Positions 1 through 14,500 of a stretch of 64,000 nucleotides of DNA are shown here, piece by piece (within the stretch, counting starts at the first letter, position 1; every line of letters starts with the position of its first letter). Source of the stretch: Blastocystis sp. Blastoise (taxonomy: Eukaryota; Protista; Bigyra: Opalinata); the NCBI GenBank assembly GCA_039096225.1, contig JBBPEB010000015.1, positions 1,674,001 to 1,738,000 of the forward strand. The letters are read 5' to 3'. Below the pieces are notes generated by a model that saw nothing but the letters and a program-made list of their open reading frames with translations, was not told where the DNA came from and made no database searches. Both the position numbers and the translations under genes were made by a program.

Positions 1-2510
1 ATATAGTACTCGTTTAGTGAATCCATTACCTGTTTCTTCTCATCCCCAAGGGAATCCCTCTCATCCTATTCCTACAGAAGAAGATGATTCTAGTTATTCA
101 TTTGATAGCTTACTTCCACAAAGATTTAGAAAGTATATATATGTTATATATAATATATATATATATATAATATAGAATATAAATATATAAATATAATGTA
201 AATGTTATATATATATACTATAGAATATAAATATATAAATATAATATAAATATTATATATATAAATATAATAAATATAATGTAAATGTTATATATATAAA
301 TATAATATATATAATATATATATAGAGTACCCCCTGAATATCTTCCTTCTGATCGTTCTCCTGTTCCTAATATATATACAAATACATATCGTCCTGGTTA
401 TGATGATTATATGTATTCCTATACACGTACTACTCCACCTTCTCTTCTTCCCTCTTCTTCCCACGGGAATACGCCGACTGTTCCTTCTACTTCACATCCA
501 TCTACGATGAATAGTCCTTTAAATCCTATATCTTCTGCTTCTACTACTCCTACTCCTACTCCTTCTACTACTCCTACTCCTCTTAATACTAATAGATATA
601 AATCATTACCTTTATTTATAGAAAATCCTACACGTATGTCTATATCATTAAATAGCTATAGACAAGCTCAAAGTATGAATTTAGATCAACGTATTCAATG
701 CTATAAAGACATATATCCAAATAATAATGAAAATTATGAATATATAGAAGAACAAGATCCTCATTATCCCGCGGGAATTCATGAAAATACATTAAGTAGT
801 TATCCTGAATCTCCTTCAAATATAATAAATAATAATATGAATAAATCACCTATAGGAGATCCATCTATCTCTATATCCCATACTACTACTAATAATAATA
901 CTAATAATACTAATACTAGTAATAGTAATAATAATGGAATGCCTTCTAAACTTCAAAAGATGTATATAAATACAAATACTTCTGTAAAAGACATGAATTC
1001 ACAAAGTTACTCTACTACTACTAATAATGATGATAATACTAGTAATAATAATAGTAATACTCCTTCTTCTTATTATATGAAATCTTCACCTTCTTCTATT
1101 AGTGGGTCTATAAATATGTATAATTCTAGTTCACCATTATCCAATCAAAATGATTCAAATAAAGTGAATTCCACAGGAATTACATATGCTTCAACAATTC
1201 TTGAAACTCTTGGAGATACTATTCCTAAATGGGAACCCGGGAACCGTACTGTGTGCAAGTTACTTCAAGATTTAGTAGATATAGCTGATGAACAAACTAT
1301 GGATATTCTACTTAATAATGTATATATTATTATGTTTATTATGTTTATTATTATTTTATTTGTTTTGTTTATTATTATTTTGTTTATTAAATTTATTATG
1401 TTTGTTATTATATATCTATATATATATATATAGATATTAGATAATTTAACAGAAGTTATGTTGGATGTGTTTGGTAATTATTTCTTCCAGAAATATACAA
1501 AGAAATGTAATGATGAAGCTGTATAAATATATAAATATATATATATATATATATGTTAATATTTTTATAGATTACAAAACTTTATGAGAAATGTGATGAG
1601 AAGATTCTGACGATTTGTTATGATAACCACGGGTCTCGATGCATTCAATCCCTTATTGAACGTACAACTACGGACTATCAAGTATATATTATATATACTA
1701 TTATATATTATTATAAATTATTATATATTTTATTCTATATATATATATAGCGTCATTTATTATTAAATCGTATTCAATCTGATGTGTGTAATATGTCCAT
1801 ACATACACATGCTAATCATGTGATCCAGCACGTGCTGGAGTATTTCCCCTTTGATTATATTCTCCCGATTATTCATGACCTTCAGAATAATCTCTCCTTT
1901 CTCTCCTCTGCCAAATATGGATGCTATGTCCTACAAGTATATATATATATATATATATATGTTATTTAATATATATATATGTTATTTAATATATATATAT
2001 GTTATTGAATATATATATAGAAAGCTTTTTCTGTATCCTCACCTCAAGAACAAAAACAATTTATTGATAAAGTATATATATATATATTATATATATATTA
2101 TATATATTATATATATTATATATATATAGTTATTACCTTGTTTATTTGATACTGTGAATGATGCGTATGGTAATTACGTTATACAACATTTCATTGAAAC
2201 TAGTAATACAGAACTATCGCACGTGATATGTCAACAACTGATTGGTCACGTTGTCGACTTATCAAGTAGAAAAATGAGGTATATATATATGTTAATATAT
2301 ATAGTTTTTATTATTTAATATATATTATTTAATATATATTATTTGATATATATTATTTAATATATATTATTTGATATATATTATTTGATATATATTATTT
2401 GATATATATTATTTAATATATTATATATATAGTTCAAATGTCATAGAGAGCTGTTTGAAGCGTGCTGACCTCGAAGATATACATATTCAAATAGTCAGAG
2501 AATTCTGTGA

Positions 2511-2557
<47 letters not shown>

Positions 2558-2799
2558 ATATATATATAGTAATGATCTTGCCCGCCTTCGTCGTCCCGGT
2601 TACGCATCCTACGTCATCAATAGAATTCTAAAAATGAAAGATTCATATCCTTTATATATATACTATTATATATATAACTATATATACTATTATATATATA
2701 ACTATATATACTATTATATATTTATAACTATATATATATCCTTAATAAAATACTGTGTCTAGCCCTCTGCGTCAAGTTTTAGGAATGCTGAGTCTTTAA
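1..2799 (+). CDS. Pumilio/PUF-family RNA-binding protein (5'-partial, multi-exon)
   Basis: Spliced exons give a low-complexity N-terminus followed by PUF repeats with motifs FGNYFFQ, HGSRCIQ, HANHVIQ, YGCYVLQ, YGNYVIQ, MSSNVIE and YASYVIN. The last intron is AT-AC; stop TAA at 2797-2799. Confidence 0.9.
2645..2753 (+). other. U12-type (minor) AT-AC intron in PUF gene
   Basis: Donor ATATCCTTT, branch site TCCTTAAT 7 nt before a terminal AC. Removal gives in-frame ...MKDS-VSSPLRQVLGMLSL*. Confidence 0.85.
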
Positions 2800-5700
2800 T
2801 AACTATATATATATATTACTTAATTCTTTATCTCTTTTATTCTTATTATATATTTTTATATTCATATATATATATATATAGATATTTATTTTGCTTTTTT
2901 ATTCCTCTTTCTTTTTGCTTCTTATTTCATGATTCTATTTAACAGATTTCAGTTCTTAGTCTATCAGTCATTTACATATTCACCTCTTGCTTTATATATA
3001 TAAATGTTTTATATATTTCATATGTAAAATATTTATTATTCATATTTTATTTTATTTTATTTTATTTGCTTTTATTTATTAAAAATTAAGAATAACTTTT
3101 TGTTATATTTAATATTTCATTTTTTCTATCCTCAATTCTTTATCTATATCAATATATATGTATATGTATATATATAATTCCTTGTCTCTTTATCTCTTCC
3201 AGATGACATTTTTATAGATATATATATATTTAAATTTATTTTTTTAAAATTATAATATTTAAACATTTAATATAAATTGTATATTTTTTTTTATATATAT
3301 AATTATTTCTTATTGTAAACCAATCAATAAATGTCTGGTTAAATCATTATTTTATTTATTTTATTTATCATTATTTTATTTATTTTATTTATCATTATTT
3401 TATTTATTTTTTTTATCATTATCTATCCAAGCTAAACTAATTCTATTTTTTTTTAAAGATATTTAAAAAAACGTTAAATATAATAATTATTTACTATTGC
3501 TATTAATATCTTTTCGTTTATATCTTTTTTTTTTTACATTATATATTATATTCTCTTCTATTAATTGAAATATAATTATTTCTATATGTTTTTATTTATC
3601 TGTATATATATATATATATATAATTTCTTTATAATTGCTTGATTCTACTCTATTACCTTTTATATACATTTATATTTATTTTTATTCTTATTCTTATTTT
3701 ATTTATACAAATATTCTTCTATAATTCTAGATATATATGAATGAATATATGCTTATTATTTTGGTTAATAATTTCGGTTTTTTTTATTTTTATTTTATGC
3801 TACATTCTATAGCAACTATATATATATATATATTCTTTTTTGTTTTATTTTTTTTTTAAATATATTTTCGCTATATATATAATAGTAGTAGTTGTAATTC
3901 ATATTTATATAGGCTCGCTATTATCTCTTGTTATATATATATATTATATAATTCCACATTGTATATCCATGATATATTCTGTTATTGTATATATATATAA
4001 ACCTTTCTATATATATGTATATATCTTTTTTGATTCTATATTTTCTTTATCTCTTCTTTTTTCATATGATTTACAAACTATTATGAATTACATATATATC
4101 TATATATATATATATATATTTATCTCTATACGATACATGTAATTCTATATGTACATTGCTACAATTCCTATTAAGAGTTTATATTTATATTTTATTTACT
4201 TTCAATATGTATACCTATATATTATATATATATTTATACATATTTTTTTGCTTATTTATATTCTATATATATAAGCACTATTTTACTTTTTTAAAATTTT
4301 CCATTATATATTTATATACCATTATATATATATAAAATATATATATTCCTACAGCTTCAAATAACAAACATGATTATTTCTTTTTTATTTAATATTTCTA
4401 CTTAATTCAAAAAAATTATTCTTTTTTTTTCTTGTGTTTTTTTTGTGCTTTTGTGTTCTTTGTCATAATTTATTAATTCATTATTCAATATTTAATATTA
4501 AATATTTAATATACATATTCTATATATAACTAGAAAAATACAATTTAAATAGTTTTTTCATTTTTTTAGATTGTATCCAGTTTATATATATATGTATATA
4601 TATTATTCTTTTAAAGCTTATATGAAAAATGTACATATATATTCTTAACCAATATATTAATTGTATATTCTTCTTTTATTTTTCTTATCAATATTCTTCT
4701 TTCTTTAGTTTTTTTATTGATTTAAGCCCTATTCAAGCTACTCTTTTATTTGCATACTCTTTTATTTTGATCGTTATATATATATATATATTGATTTTTG
4801 TTTTATTTCATTTTTCTATGTTCATGACAACTTTACAACTATTTCAAAAACAATTGTTTACATTTATTATTTATTATTTTTCACTTACAAATCAATTTAT
4901 ACTTATTTTTTTTAATATAAAAAAACATACTAATATAAATAGTTAAGATATAATTACATTTGTTTGTTGACACATATATGTTACTTATATATATTTTTTT
5001 TATTGAATTAGAATTGTTTTTTTGAATAGTATTTTTTCTTTTACATATTTTTATTCCATTGGTTATTAGGATAGTTTCTCATGATCTCAATAGTAGATTA
5101 TACGTATGATGACAATAATCATTACCGTTAATAGAACGTCAATGGAGTATCACCTATATTTTTTAGAGCCATTATTGCTAGATATACTTTGATTTTTATA
5201 ATCTTTTATCAAATGTTTCGTATATTACAGATTAATAAACAATCAAAAAATTATCATTTTTTTAAATGTTATATTTATTATTCCGTTAATTTATTTTTAA
5301 TAAAATTAAAAAAAAAAAAAAAAAAAAAAAATAAGTGTTGTGTTGTATGTCGTCTATCATGAAGATTCATGATTCTACATACTATTATGATAAAAAGATG
5401 AAAGTAATAATTGTTTTTTTTTATTGATCAGACTTAATATATGTCATAAATCATATATATATTTTATATTTTACATAAATAACTCAATATAATTTCAAAA
5501 TAATTAGAAAATAATAGTTGTTTCTAAAAAAGACGACATTTAAAAAAGTAATTAAAGAAAAAAAATTTCTATTTTGCTTGTTTCAACTGATATTCTATAG
5601 AATATGCTAATATTAATCCTTTATCACTTCATAACTCATAGAATAATATATTTGCATTAAATGAAATTTTTCATTCTATTATGGTACATATTTGAATGTA

Positions 5701-5944
5701 TGTCTCTATATATAAATATCTTTTATAAATAGAATAAAGGGTTATAAATCAATAAATGTATCTCGAAATCACTTGCATTTTATTGGATAAAGGATCGTTG
5801 TTTCCCACGGGAATATCCACAAAGAAATATCAAAATTATGATTTTGAAATGGGAAAAATCAATAATTGATGCCAATTTTATTTTTTTTCTCTTTTATTAT
5901 AGAGTATTATTTGATTTAAATCAAAGAATTAACATAATTAAAGA

Positions 5945-8900
5945 ATGGTAAATTTAGATATAGATATAAAATTAAAGAAACATTATTATTTTTGATTGTT
6001 ATAGTTTGGATTTGGAAAGAAAAAAACTACTGCTACTGAGCAACCTGAGTATGCTTTATGTATTTTTTTTATAACTAAAATAATTGTAGGAATACTCAAA
6101 AGAAGCAAGCATTTGGTTTTGATATCAAAGGTTTAGCTGCTAAAGGTTTTCAAAGAGAGAAACAAGAGACAGCAAAACCTGGAATGAATGATTTATTTGC
6201 TGGATTAAACAATGAAGCTCAAAAACAACAATCTAATTATCAACAACCTCAATTACCTGCTGTTCCTCCTAAACAACAAGTTCAACCTATTCATCAAACT
6301 AAACTTGCTCCTAATCAACAAGTTCAATCTAAATCAGGTATATAATTATTCTAATACTTGTTTATAATAGAAAGTAATTTATATATATATATATAGTACA
6401 AGATGATGAAGAAGATTTATTAACATTTTCTAGTCCTGCTCCTGTGGAGAATGTAGTTACTAAAGGTATATATATATTTAGTTATTCTATAAGAATAGGT
6501 TTACTATATATAATATTATTATTATGAATATCATTCATAATAATAATTTGATTATTCATAGTATTTAAACAAAATATTAATATTATTATTAATATATATA
6601 TTATTATTCATGAAAGAAATCATTATGATTTTGAATATAATTAGTGTTTCTATTACTATACTCTGTATTTATAGAAGAACCTACCCCTGATCCTATTCAA
6701 TTAGCTAAAGAGGAATTAGTTTCTGCTTTTTCTTTAAAAGGTGATGAACGTAAAGTGAATTTAGCTACTATACTTGTAAAAGATTTTAATATTGAATTAA
6801 ATGAAGAATTATTTAATTTTTTAGAATCTCTGAATCTTTCTATCGATGAGATGATGAATACAAATATAAATGCTAATGATAAGACAAACCCCTTAGAAGC
6901 TTTAAAACATGAGAGACAAGAGAAAATTACTATTCAACGTTCTTTATTACAAGCTCAAAAAGATTTAGAAAAGATGAAATCTCTTATGACTCAAGAATTA
7001 GAAAAGAAAACAAAATCTATTCAACGTGATTTTGAAAAGAAAGAATTAGAATTTAAGAATCAATTATTAGTAAAAGAAAAACAATTTGAAAGAGAAAAGA
7101 ATGATTGTATTTTAGATACAAAATCACGATTAACTGTTGAATATAATAATAAGTTAAAAGAACAAATAGATCAAGCTGTAAAACAAGCTCAAATCGAATG
7201 GGAAAAAACAAAGAGTTCTATTCCTGCTCCTTCTACTCCTTCTACTCCTACTACTCCTACTAATATGGTATCTTTTGAAGAAATGCAACAATTACAATCA
7301 ACAATGAATGAACAATATAAAGAACAATTAGATAATAAGGATAAAGAATTTAATGAATATAAAACAACCATGGAAAAGGAAATTGAACAATTAAAACAAG
7401 TATATATTATTTTATATATATTTAGTTTTTATTTATTAATATAATATATAATAATAATATATTATTATTATTATTATATATTATTATTTAAAAATAATAT
7501 ATAACATATGTTTTATTAAAGAAAATTCTATTATAAATATTTAATAATCTACTCTATTCTATACTATAGTCAAAGGAACAACTTCAAAATCAGTATATGA
7601 ATCAATTTAAGGATTTATCTGCTTCTAAAGAAAGTATATCTATTGAATTAAAACAACATATTGAAGTCCTTGAACAAGAAAAGAAGAAATATAAAGAAGA
7701 AATAGAGAATAATAAGAAGTCTCTTGAAGAATGTCAATCTTTACTTTCTCAAAAAGAAGAATTATGTACAGAACAAAGTAATAAATATAATGAATATGTA
7801 GAATCTTCTAAGAATGAAAAAGAGAATCTTATAAAGAAATATGATATGGAGAAACAACAAATAAAGAATGAATATGAAATGAAATTAACAAATTTAAATA
7901 AAGAATTAGAATCTATTCAAAAAGTATTAAAAGAAGAACGTGAGAATTTAAATAAGAATCAAGAAAGTGGTGAAGCTATTACAAATTCATTAAGACAGCA
8001 AATTACTGATTATAAATTAAAATTAGAAAAGATTAATAATGATTTAGAAGATAGTAAGAAGAATAATGAGAATTTGGAGAATGAAAAGAAATCTATTCTT
8101 GAAAATAATGAAATAGAAATTAATAAATTAAAAGAAGAATCTAAATCAGCTATGGATCAATTAACTAATGATTATAAATCAAAGAAAGAACAATATAAGA
8201 TTACTATTAATGATTTAAAGTCTCAAATAGATACTATTAAGAATGAAAAAGAATCTTTAGTTGATAATCATTCTAAAGAATTATTAGTTAAATCTGAAGA
8301 ATATAAAACACAGATGGATGCTTATACTATAAAGATGAATGAAACTACTGCTACTTATGAAAAACAAATAAATGAATTAAAGAATACACTTGAAACTAAA
8401 GAGAATGAATATAAGCAATTAGAAGAAGAAAAAGTAAAAGAAATTGAAAAAACAAAGAAATCTTATAAGCATGAAATAAAGAATATAAAGAATGAGAATG
8501 AAACTATTATAAATGAATTAAATACTAAATATAGTGCTTTAGAAGAAGAGAAGAAACAAGTAATTGAACAATATGAAAGTCAATTAACTAATAAACAACA
8601 AGAATATGAGAAATCTATTCAAGAGAAAGATAATGAATATGAACAATTAAAGAATAAATCTAAGAATGAACTTGAAACAATGACAAAAGAAAAAGAAGAA
8701 CAAATTGAATCTTTAACAACTAAATTATCTGATAAAAAGAATAAAGTAAAAGAATTAACTAAACAAATTGAAGAATTAAATAATAAATATACTGAAGATA
8801 TGGAATCTCTTAAGAATAAATATACAAATGAAATGAGTATTCAAAATGAAGAGAATATAAATAAAATGAATGAAATGATATCTACTCATCAACAAGCTAT

Positions 8901-9928
8901 ACAAAAGAAAGAAGAAGAATATCAAATAGAACTCAATAATATAAAACAGACTTATGAAGAAATTATTCAAAAGAATAATGAACAATATGAAACATCCGTT
9001 TCTACTATGAATTCTAATCATAAAAATGAATTAAATACTTTAGAAACTACATTAACTAATAAATATGAACAAGATATAGTTGAAATTAATAAGAAGAATG
9101 AAACAACACTTGAGGAACTTAAGAATGAATATAATAATAAGAATAAGAATGCTCTTGAAGAACAATCAAATGAATTTAAGAATCAACTTAATCAAGAAAA
9201 AGAAGAATTTAATAAGAAATTTGATACCATGTGTAATGTATGCTTATGTTAATTATTTTTTTTTATTTATGTTTGTATATAAGTATTGTTTTCATTATGT
9301 TTTTATAATAATATATAAATGCTATTTTTTAAAATTATTTTCTTTATTATTTTTTCATATTATTTGCATTATTATTAAATAGAGTATTATATATATAATA
9401 TATAATATATATATATAGGAAAAGGATACTCTTATTTCTGATTTAAATACAAAGATTGAAAATAATGAACAAATAATAAAGTCAATAAATGAAGAAATAG
9501 CTACTAAAGAATCTTCTATTACTACTTTAACTAATGATAAGAATTCTCTTACAACTTCTATTGAAGAAAAAACTACTATTATTAATGCTTTTAAGAAAGA
9601 TATTCAAGTTATGAAAGAGAAAGTAAGTCAATTAACTAAAGAAAAAGAACAATTAAATGAATCCTTAAAACTTCAAGAAAATGAATCTAAGACTCAAATA
9701 GAATCTATATATACTTCTTTAGAAGATAAACTTCGTTCTCAATTTAATTCTGCTATTGAATCTGCTATTCAAAATACTACTCAATATATTAAAGAAGAAT
9801 ATCAAAATTCTCTTATTCAGGAAATTCATAAAGTTGAAGATAAAAAAGTTCAATTAGCTTTAGCTGAAGGCAAATGCAATACTTCTTCTGCTGTTACAAC
9901 TAATCTTGAAAAGAAATATCTTAATTAA
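5945..9928 (+). CDS. Large coiled-coil protein, unknown function (multi-exon)
   Basis: ATG|GT start-codon intron, then FGFGKKK... ORFs 6644-7444, 7597-9252 and 9611-9928 are E/K/Q-rich heptad exons joined by GT-AG introns. Confidence 0.8.
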
Positions 9929-11000
9929 TTTATATATATATTTTTGTTTTCTTTTATTTAATATCTATATATATATTTTGAACATATCTTTTTATATGTA
10001 TATTTATTTTTGTTTTCTTTTATTTATGGTGTCGTTTTCTTTTGTAATCTATTGTTAATTATATTTGCTTTATTAAATTAAAAAAAAAATTATAAAACAT
10101 ATTTTGTTTTGTAGATAATATAATAACAATTGTGAAATAAAGATAAAAACAATTTAAATTAATTAAGAGAGCCGAAAGCATCAACAAATTTATCAACACC
10201 TTCAGCATATCTAAAAATTATGCAGAGCAAATCTCTTGATAACGATTCACCATTTCATATAGAAATGCGCCAAATAGGCATACTGCCCTTTATGACTGGA
10301 ATTTCCCATCAATACCGATTATAAAATTAACGAAACACATCTTGATTAGAAGTATGTTTTCCTGTTTATCTTTTTAGAGTATTATTTGTATATTGATGAA
10401 ATGAGTTTGAAACTGAAATGAAATGAGTCAAGATGACTTGTATAGTTTGAGAAAATGGTAATTAATTGATATTATAGATTATTTTTTTAATATGTTCAGG
10501 AAATCTGAAGAAAATGCATGTAATAATTGTAGAGAAGTTTGAAGAAACTATGTGCATAAAATAAACAATTTTTCTTCTTTATAGCTTTGAGTTTCAACAA
10601 AAATAGACATTCATTTTTGTTTATAGTGTATTAGATCGTGTATAGATTTGCTTAAATAATAGAAGCATGGTCAACGTTAACTTTGTTAACGGTTTGAAGC
10701 ATAATTGAAGCATGTTTATTTAGTAATGAAGTGAATAGTGAAATATTTACATGTTAAATGGTATTCAATAAATATCAGAATGGCCAATGTCTTGTGAAAT
10801 GAACTAAACTATCCGAAATAATATAATTGAACATAATTTTGATTAAACTAAAAAAATATTGAATAAAAGAGTATATACAAATATAGAACAACTAATCTAT
10901 TTGAAAAAATAAGCTAATATGAGTATTATTCCTTAATAAAAGTATTACAATATATAGAAAATATTTATAAAAAAACAATTTACAATATATATATTTAGGT

Positions 11001-11496
11001 TTATAATTGTTGAATGGATGACAGAATAGTGTTATCATTTTGATATTGTGTCGAAATAGAACGTAAAACTTGGCTAAATGATGATTTTATTTGAGGATCT
11101 ATATAATATTAAGTATAATAATAAGTGTAATAATAATAAGAAATAAAATAAAATAATAAATAATAATAAAAAAATATAAATAATATAAATAATAATAAAT
11201 AATAATAAATAATATAAATAATAATAAAAAAAAAGTAATAATGATTATAGCATCAGTGATTAAAAACAAATAGTATATATAATATATATACCTGCTTGAA
11301 TACATTCTGTAATAAAATCAATAACAATTTCTACTGTATCGGAATTCGTAAGATATATAGAAAGACAAGAATCACAAATAAAATATAATTTATTTTTAAG
11401 TATATATGCTTTAGATGTATCTATAGAAAAATAATAATTATATTATTATTAAATATATTAAATAAAAAAATAAATAAAATTAATAAACATAATATA

Positions 11497-11536
<40 letters not shown>

Positions 11537-14500
11537 ATTTCGTATAGCATTGTCTAATAGTTGAATAATATCATTTAAAACAGATATACTCAATGTATCC
11601 TTTTTATTAATACAATATTTAGTTAATTTTGAATAGATAGAAGAGTATTTATTAAGATAAGCAATACATTCATCATAATACGAAAGTCTGGATAACAAAT
11701 GCGCGGGAAGTAAAATGGCGGTCATTGAAGATGAGGAGATAATATATTCTGTTAGTATAGTAATAGCATAGGTATTAATATAATAAGGTATACATTCATC
11801 ACTATCTGCTATATTATATAAGTATATACATATATAATCAACAAGAATAGAATCAGTATGATTATTATATAAACAACGAAGTACAGAATTAACGGTATTT
11901 ACAGATGAAATAGATGATTTAATTGATTTAAATAATGATGGAGATGATTGTGTTCCTAAAATCATATGTTTCCAAACACGTAATATCTTTGTTTGTATAT
12001 TAATAATAGATACTGATATAAAAGAGATAGATAACGAAGAACAAATAGAAGTTGAGGCTATTGATAGAAGAGAAGAATCTATAGATAATAAGAATATAGA
12101 ATAAATAATATAAAAATTAAAAAAAAATATATTAAAAAAATATAAAAATATTTTTTATTTAATATATACTATTTTTGGTAAGAAGTATAAGAATATTAAG
12201 AAGTACATTGAGAACCGTTTCATTCTTCGAATAGAATTCGAAACAAAGAGAAAGAGAGGGAATAATTTGACGTGTAAGAAGTTTGTTAAATTGATTATCT
12301 GAAGTATTTAATATTTTTTGAATATTATTTAAAAGTTGAATTGCCATATTTTGTTCTTTATAAGTATATTCTAATACATAAGGATATATATAGATATCAC
12401 CTCTTTCTATTAAGTATGTAATATCATTTAATGATAAAGATAAACTATTTATATAATTATTGACTTCTGTAGGCTGTTCACGACATAAATATATTAATTT
12501 TTCTAATTGACTATTATTATTATTATTATTATTATTATTATCATTATTATTATTATTATTATTATTATTAGGAATAGAATTATTGATTGAAGATATAGAA
12601 CTCTTTGTATCGGAAGCTAGGGGAGAAAGCGCAGAAACGTTCTTGGTAGGGAGAATAGCTTCTGAAGGAGTTCTAGAATGTGTTCTATATTATTAAATTA
12701 ATTAATTAATAAATAAATAAATAACAATAAATAAATAAATAAATAACAATAAATAAATAAATAAATAAATATAATAATAAAAAAAATACTTTAATGAACC
12801 AACTGCTTGTTCTCTGATTTTATTTATACCATCAAATGTATTTCTATAATATAATATATATATATCTAAAAGTTATCTAATAAGAAAGAAAAAAAAATGT
12901 CTATAAAATAAAAACAAATCAAGTAAAACAATATAATAATAATATATACTGTATCTTTTGAACGGATTGAAGATCAGCATATAATTGTTGTTCTAATTCT
13001 TCTATACGTTTATCACGTTCTTGAATCATTTTCTCACGGGAATTTAACTCTGTTTGAAGAGAAGTAATTAAATCTTCGAATCCTTGAAGTTTTGCAGTCA
13101 TATCACTATATATAATATAAATAGTACTATAGAGAAAACAGAGACAAAATATTAACAAGATTTTCTTTAAATATATAAATATACAATATATGTATTAAAT
13201 AATAAATAAAAACATACCTTTGTTCTTGGATAGCTTGCTTATATTGATTATTTAATTGATCATATAATTTAGATTTATCATTATTCACGGTATTTAATTG
13301 ATTATTATTTTCTTCTTTTTCTTTTAATGATTGTGCTAATTCTTCTTTTTCTTGTATTAATTGTTTCTCTTTTTCCTCATATTCTTCAACATATGTTTCT
13401 AGTTGTCTTTTTAATTTCTTCATTTGATCTTCTAATAACATATTTCTTTCTTTAAATTCATTTTGATCTTTTTCTTGTTCACTATTCTTACTATATATTT
13501 GATATTGTAAATCTTTTATTCTTAATTCATATTCATCTTCTTTCTTTTTCCATTGTATTTTCTCATCTTCAAATTGATTCTTTAATGTTTCTAATTGTTT
13601 ATTTAATTGACTTATATTATTTAATAATTCAAATTGTTTATTTGAATAATTATTTATTAATTCTTTATTCTTTTGATTTTCTAATTCATGACTATTTATA
13701 ATTCGTTCTCTATTTTCTAATTCTTTCTGTAATGTATTCATCTCATCTTTATAGGATTGATCTAAATGCTGTTTCTCTTCTTCTTTCTCATGAATTGTCT
13801 TCTCTACTAAAGTTAAACGATTTATATAATCACGCTCTTTATTCATATTCTCATCTCTTTCATTTTTAATTATATTATTTAATTCTTCATTTTCTTTCTT
13901 CAAATCATCCAATTCTTTTTCTAATTCTTGTATATGTTTAGAATTATCACTATATATATATGATAGCATTATTAATAATAAATAATAAATAATAAATGAT
14001 AAATGATAAAATATAATTATATATAACAAAAAATTGAATACATTTTTTCTTGTTCATAAAGTGATTTATTTTCTTCTTCTCTTTGAATAATCTTTGCTAT
14101 TTCTTCTTCTTGTTCTTTCTTTAAATGAACTATTTCTTGTTCTTGATTTTGTTTTAACTCATTTATATTATTATTATTTTCTTCAAGAATTTTTGATATT
14201 TCATTAGATTTATCTTGATTATTAGTATTTAATAGAGTATTAGTTTCTTCTAAATCTTTAACTTTCTTTTTCTCTCCTTGTAATTCATCTTCTTTCTCAT
14301 TAAGAAGTGAAGTAATTTGATTATTTTTATCTTTTAAAGAATTTTCTACTTGTTTCATTTCTTCCTCAAAATCTGTATATTTTATCTGAATATCTTCTAA
14401 TTGTTGCTGATTTTCTTGTAAACTCTTCAATAAAACATTATTCTTTTGAATTAATTCCTCATTTTGGTCTTTTAACTGTTTAATTTCTTTCTCTTTCTCT

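Noticed and set aside
3840-4946. Hydrophobic I/Y/F-rich ORFs here and throughout (e.g. 11099-11305, 44617-44918, 45270-45751, 56500-57015)
   Set aside because: These are translations of AT microsatellite introns or UTRs, or antisense shadows of real exons, with no coding signal.
5340-5360. GTGTTGTATG resembling the U6atac 5' end
   Set aside because: The essential AAGGAGAG box and the following stem are absent.
10675-10691. Palindrome CGTTAAC-TTT-GTTAACG
   Set aside because: A 7-bp stem with no further supporting structure or recognisable RNA family.
12380-12387. ATATCCTT on the minus strand resembling a U12 donor
   Set aside because: It lies in an open exon (GDIYIYPYVLEYTY), so no intron is needed to keep the frame.
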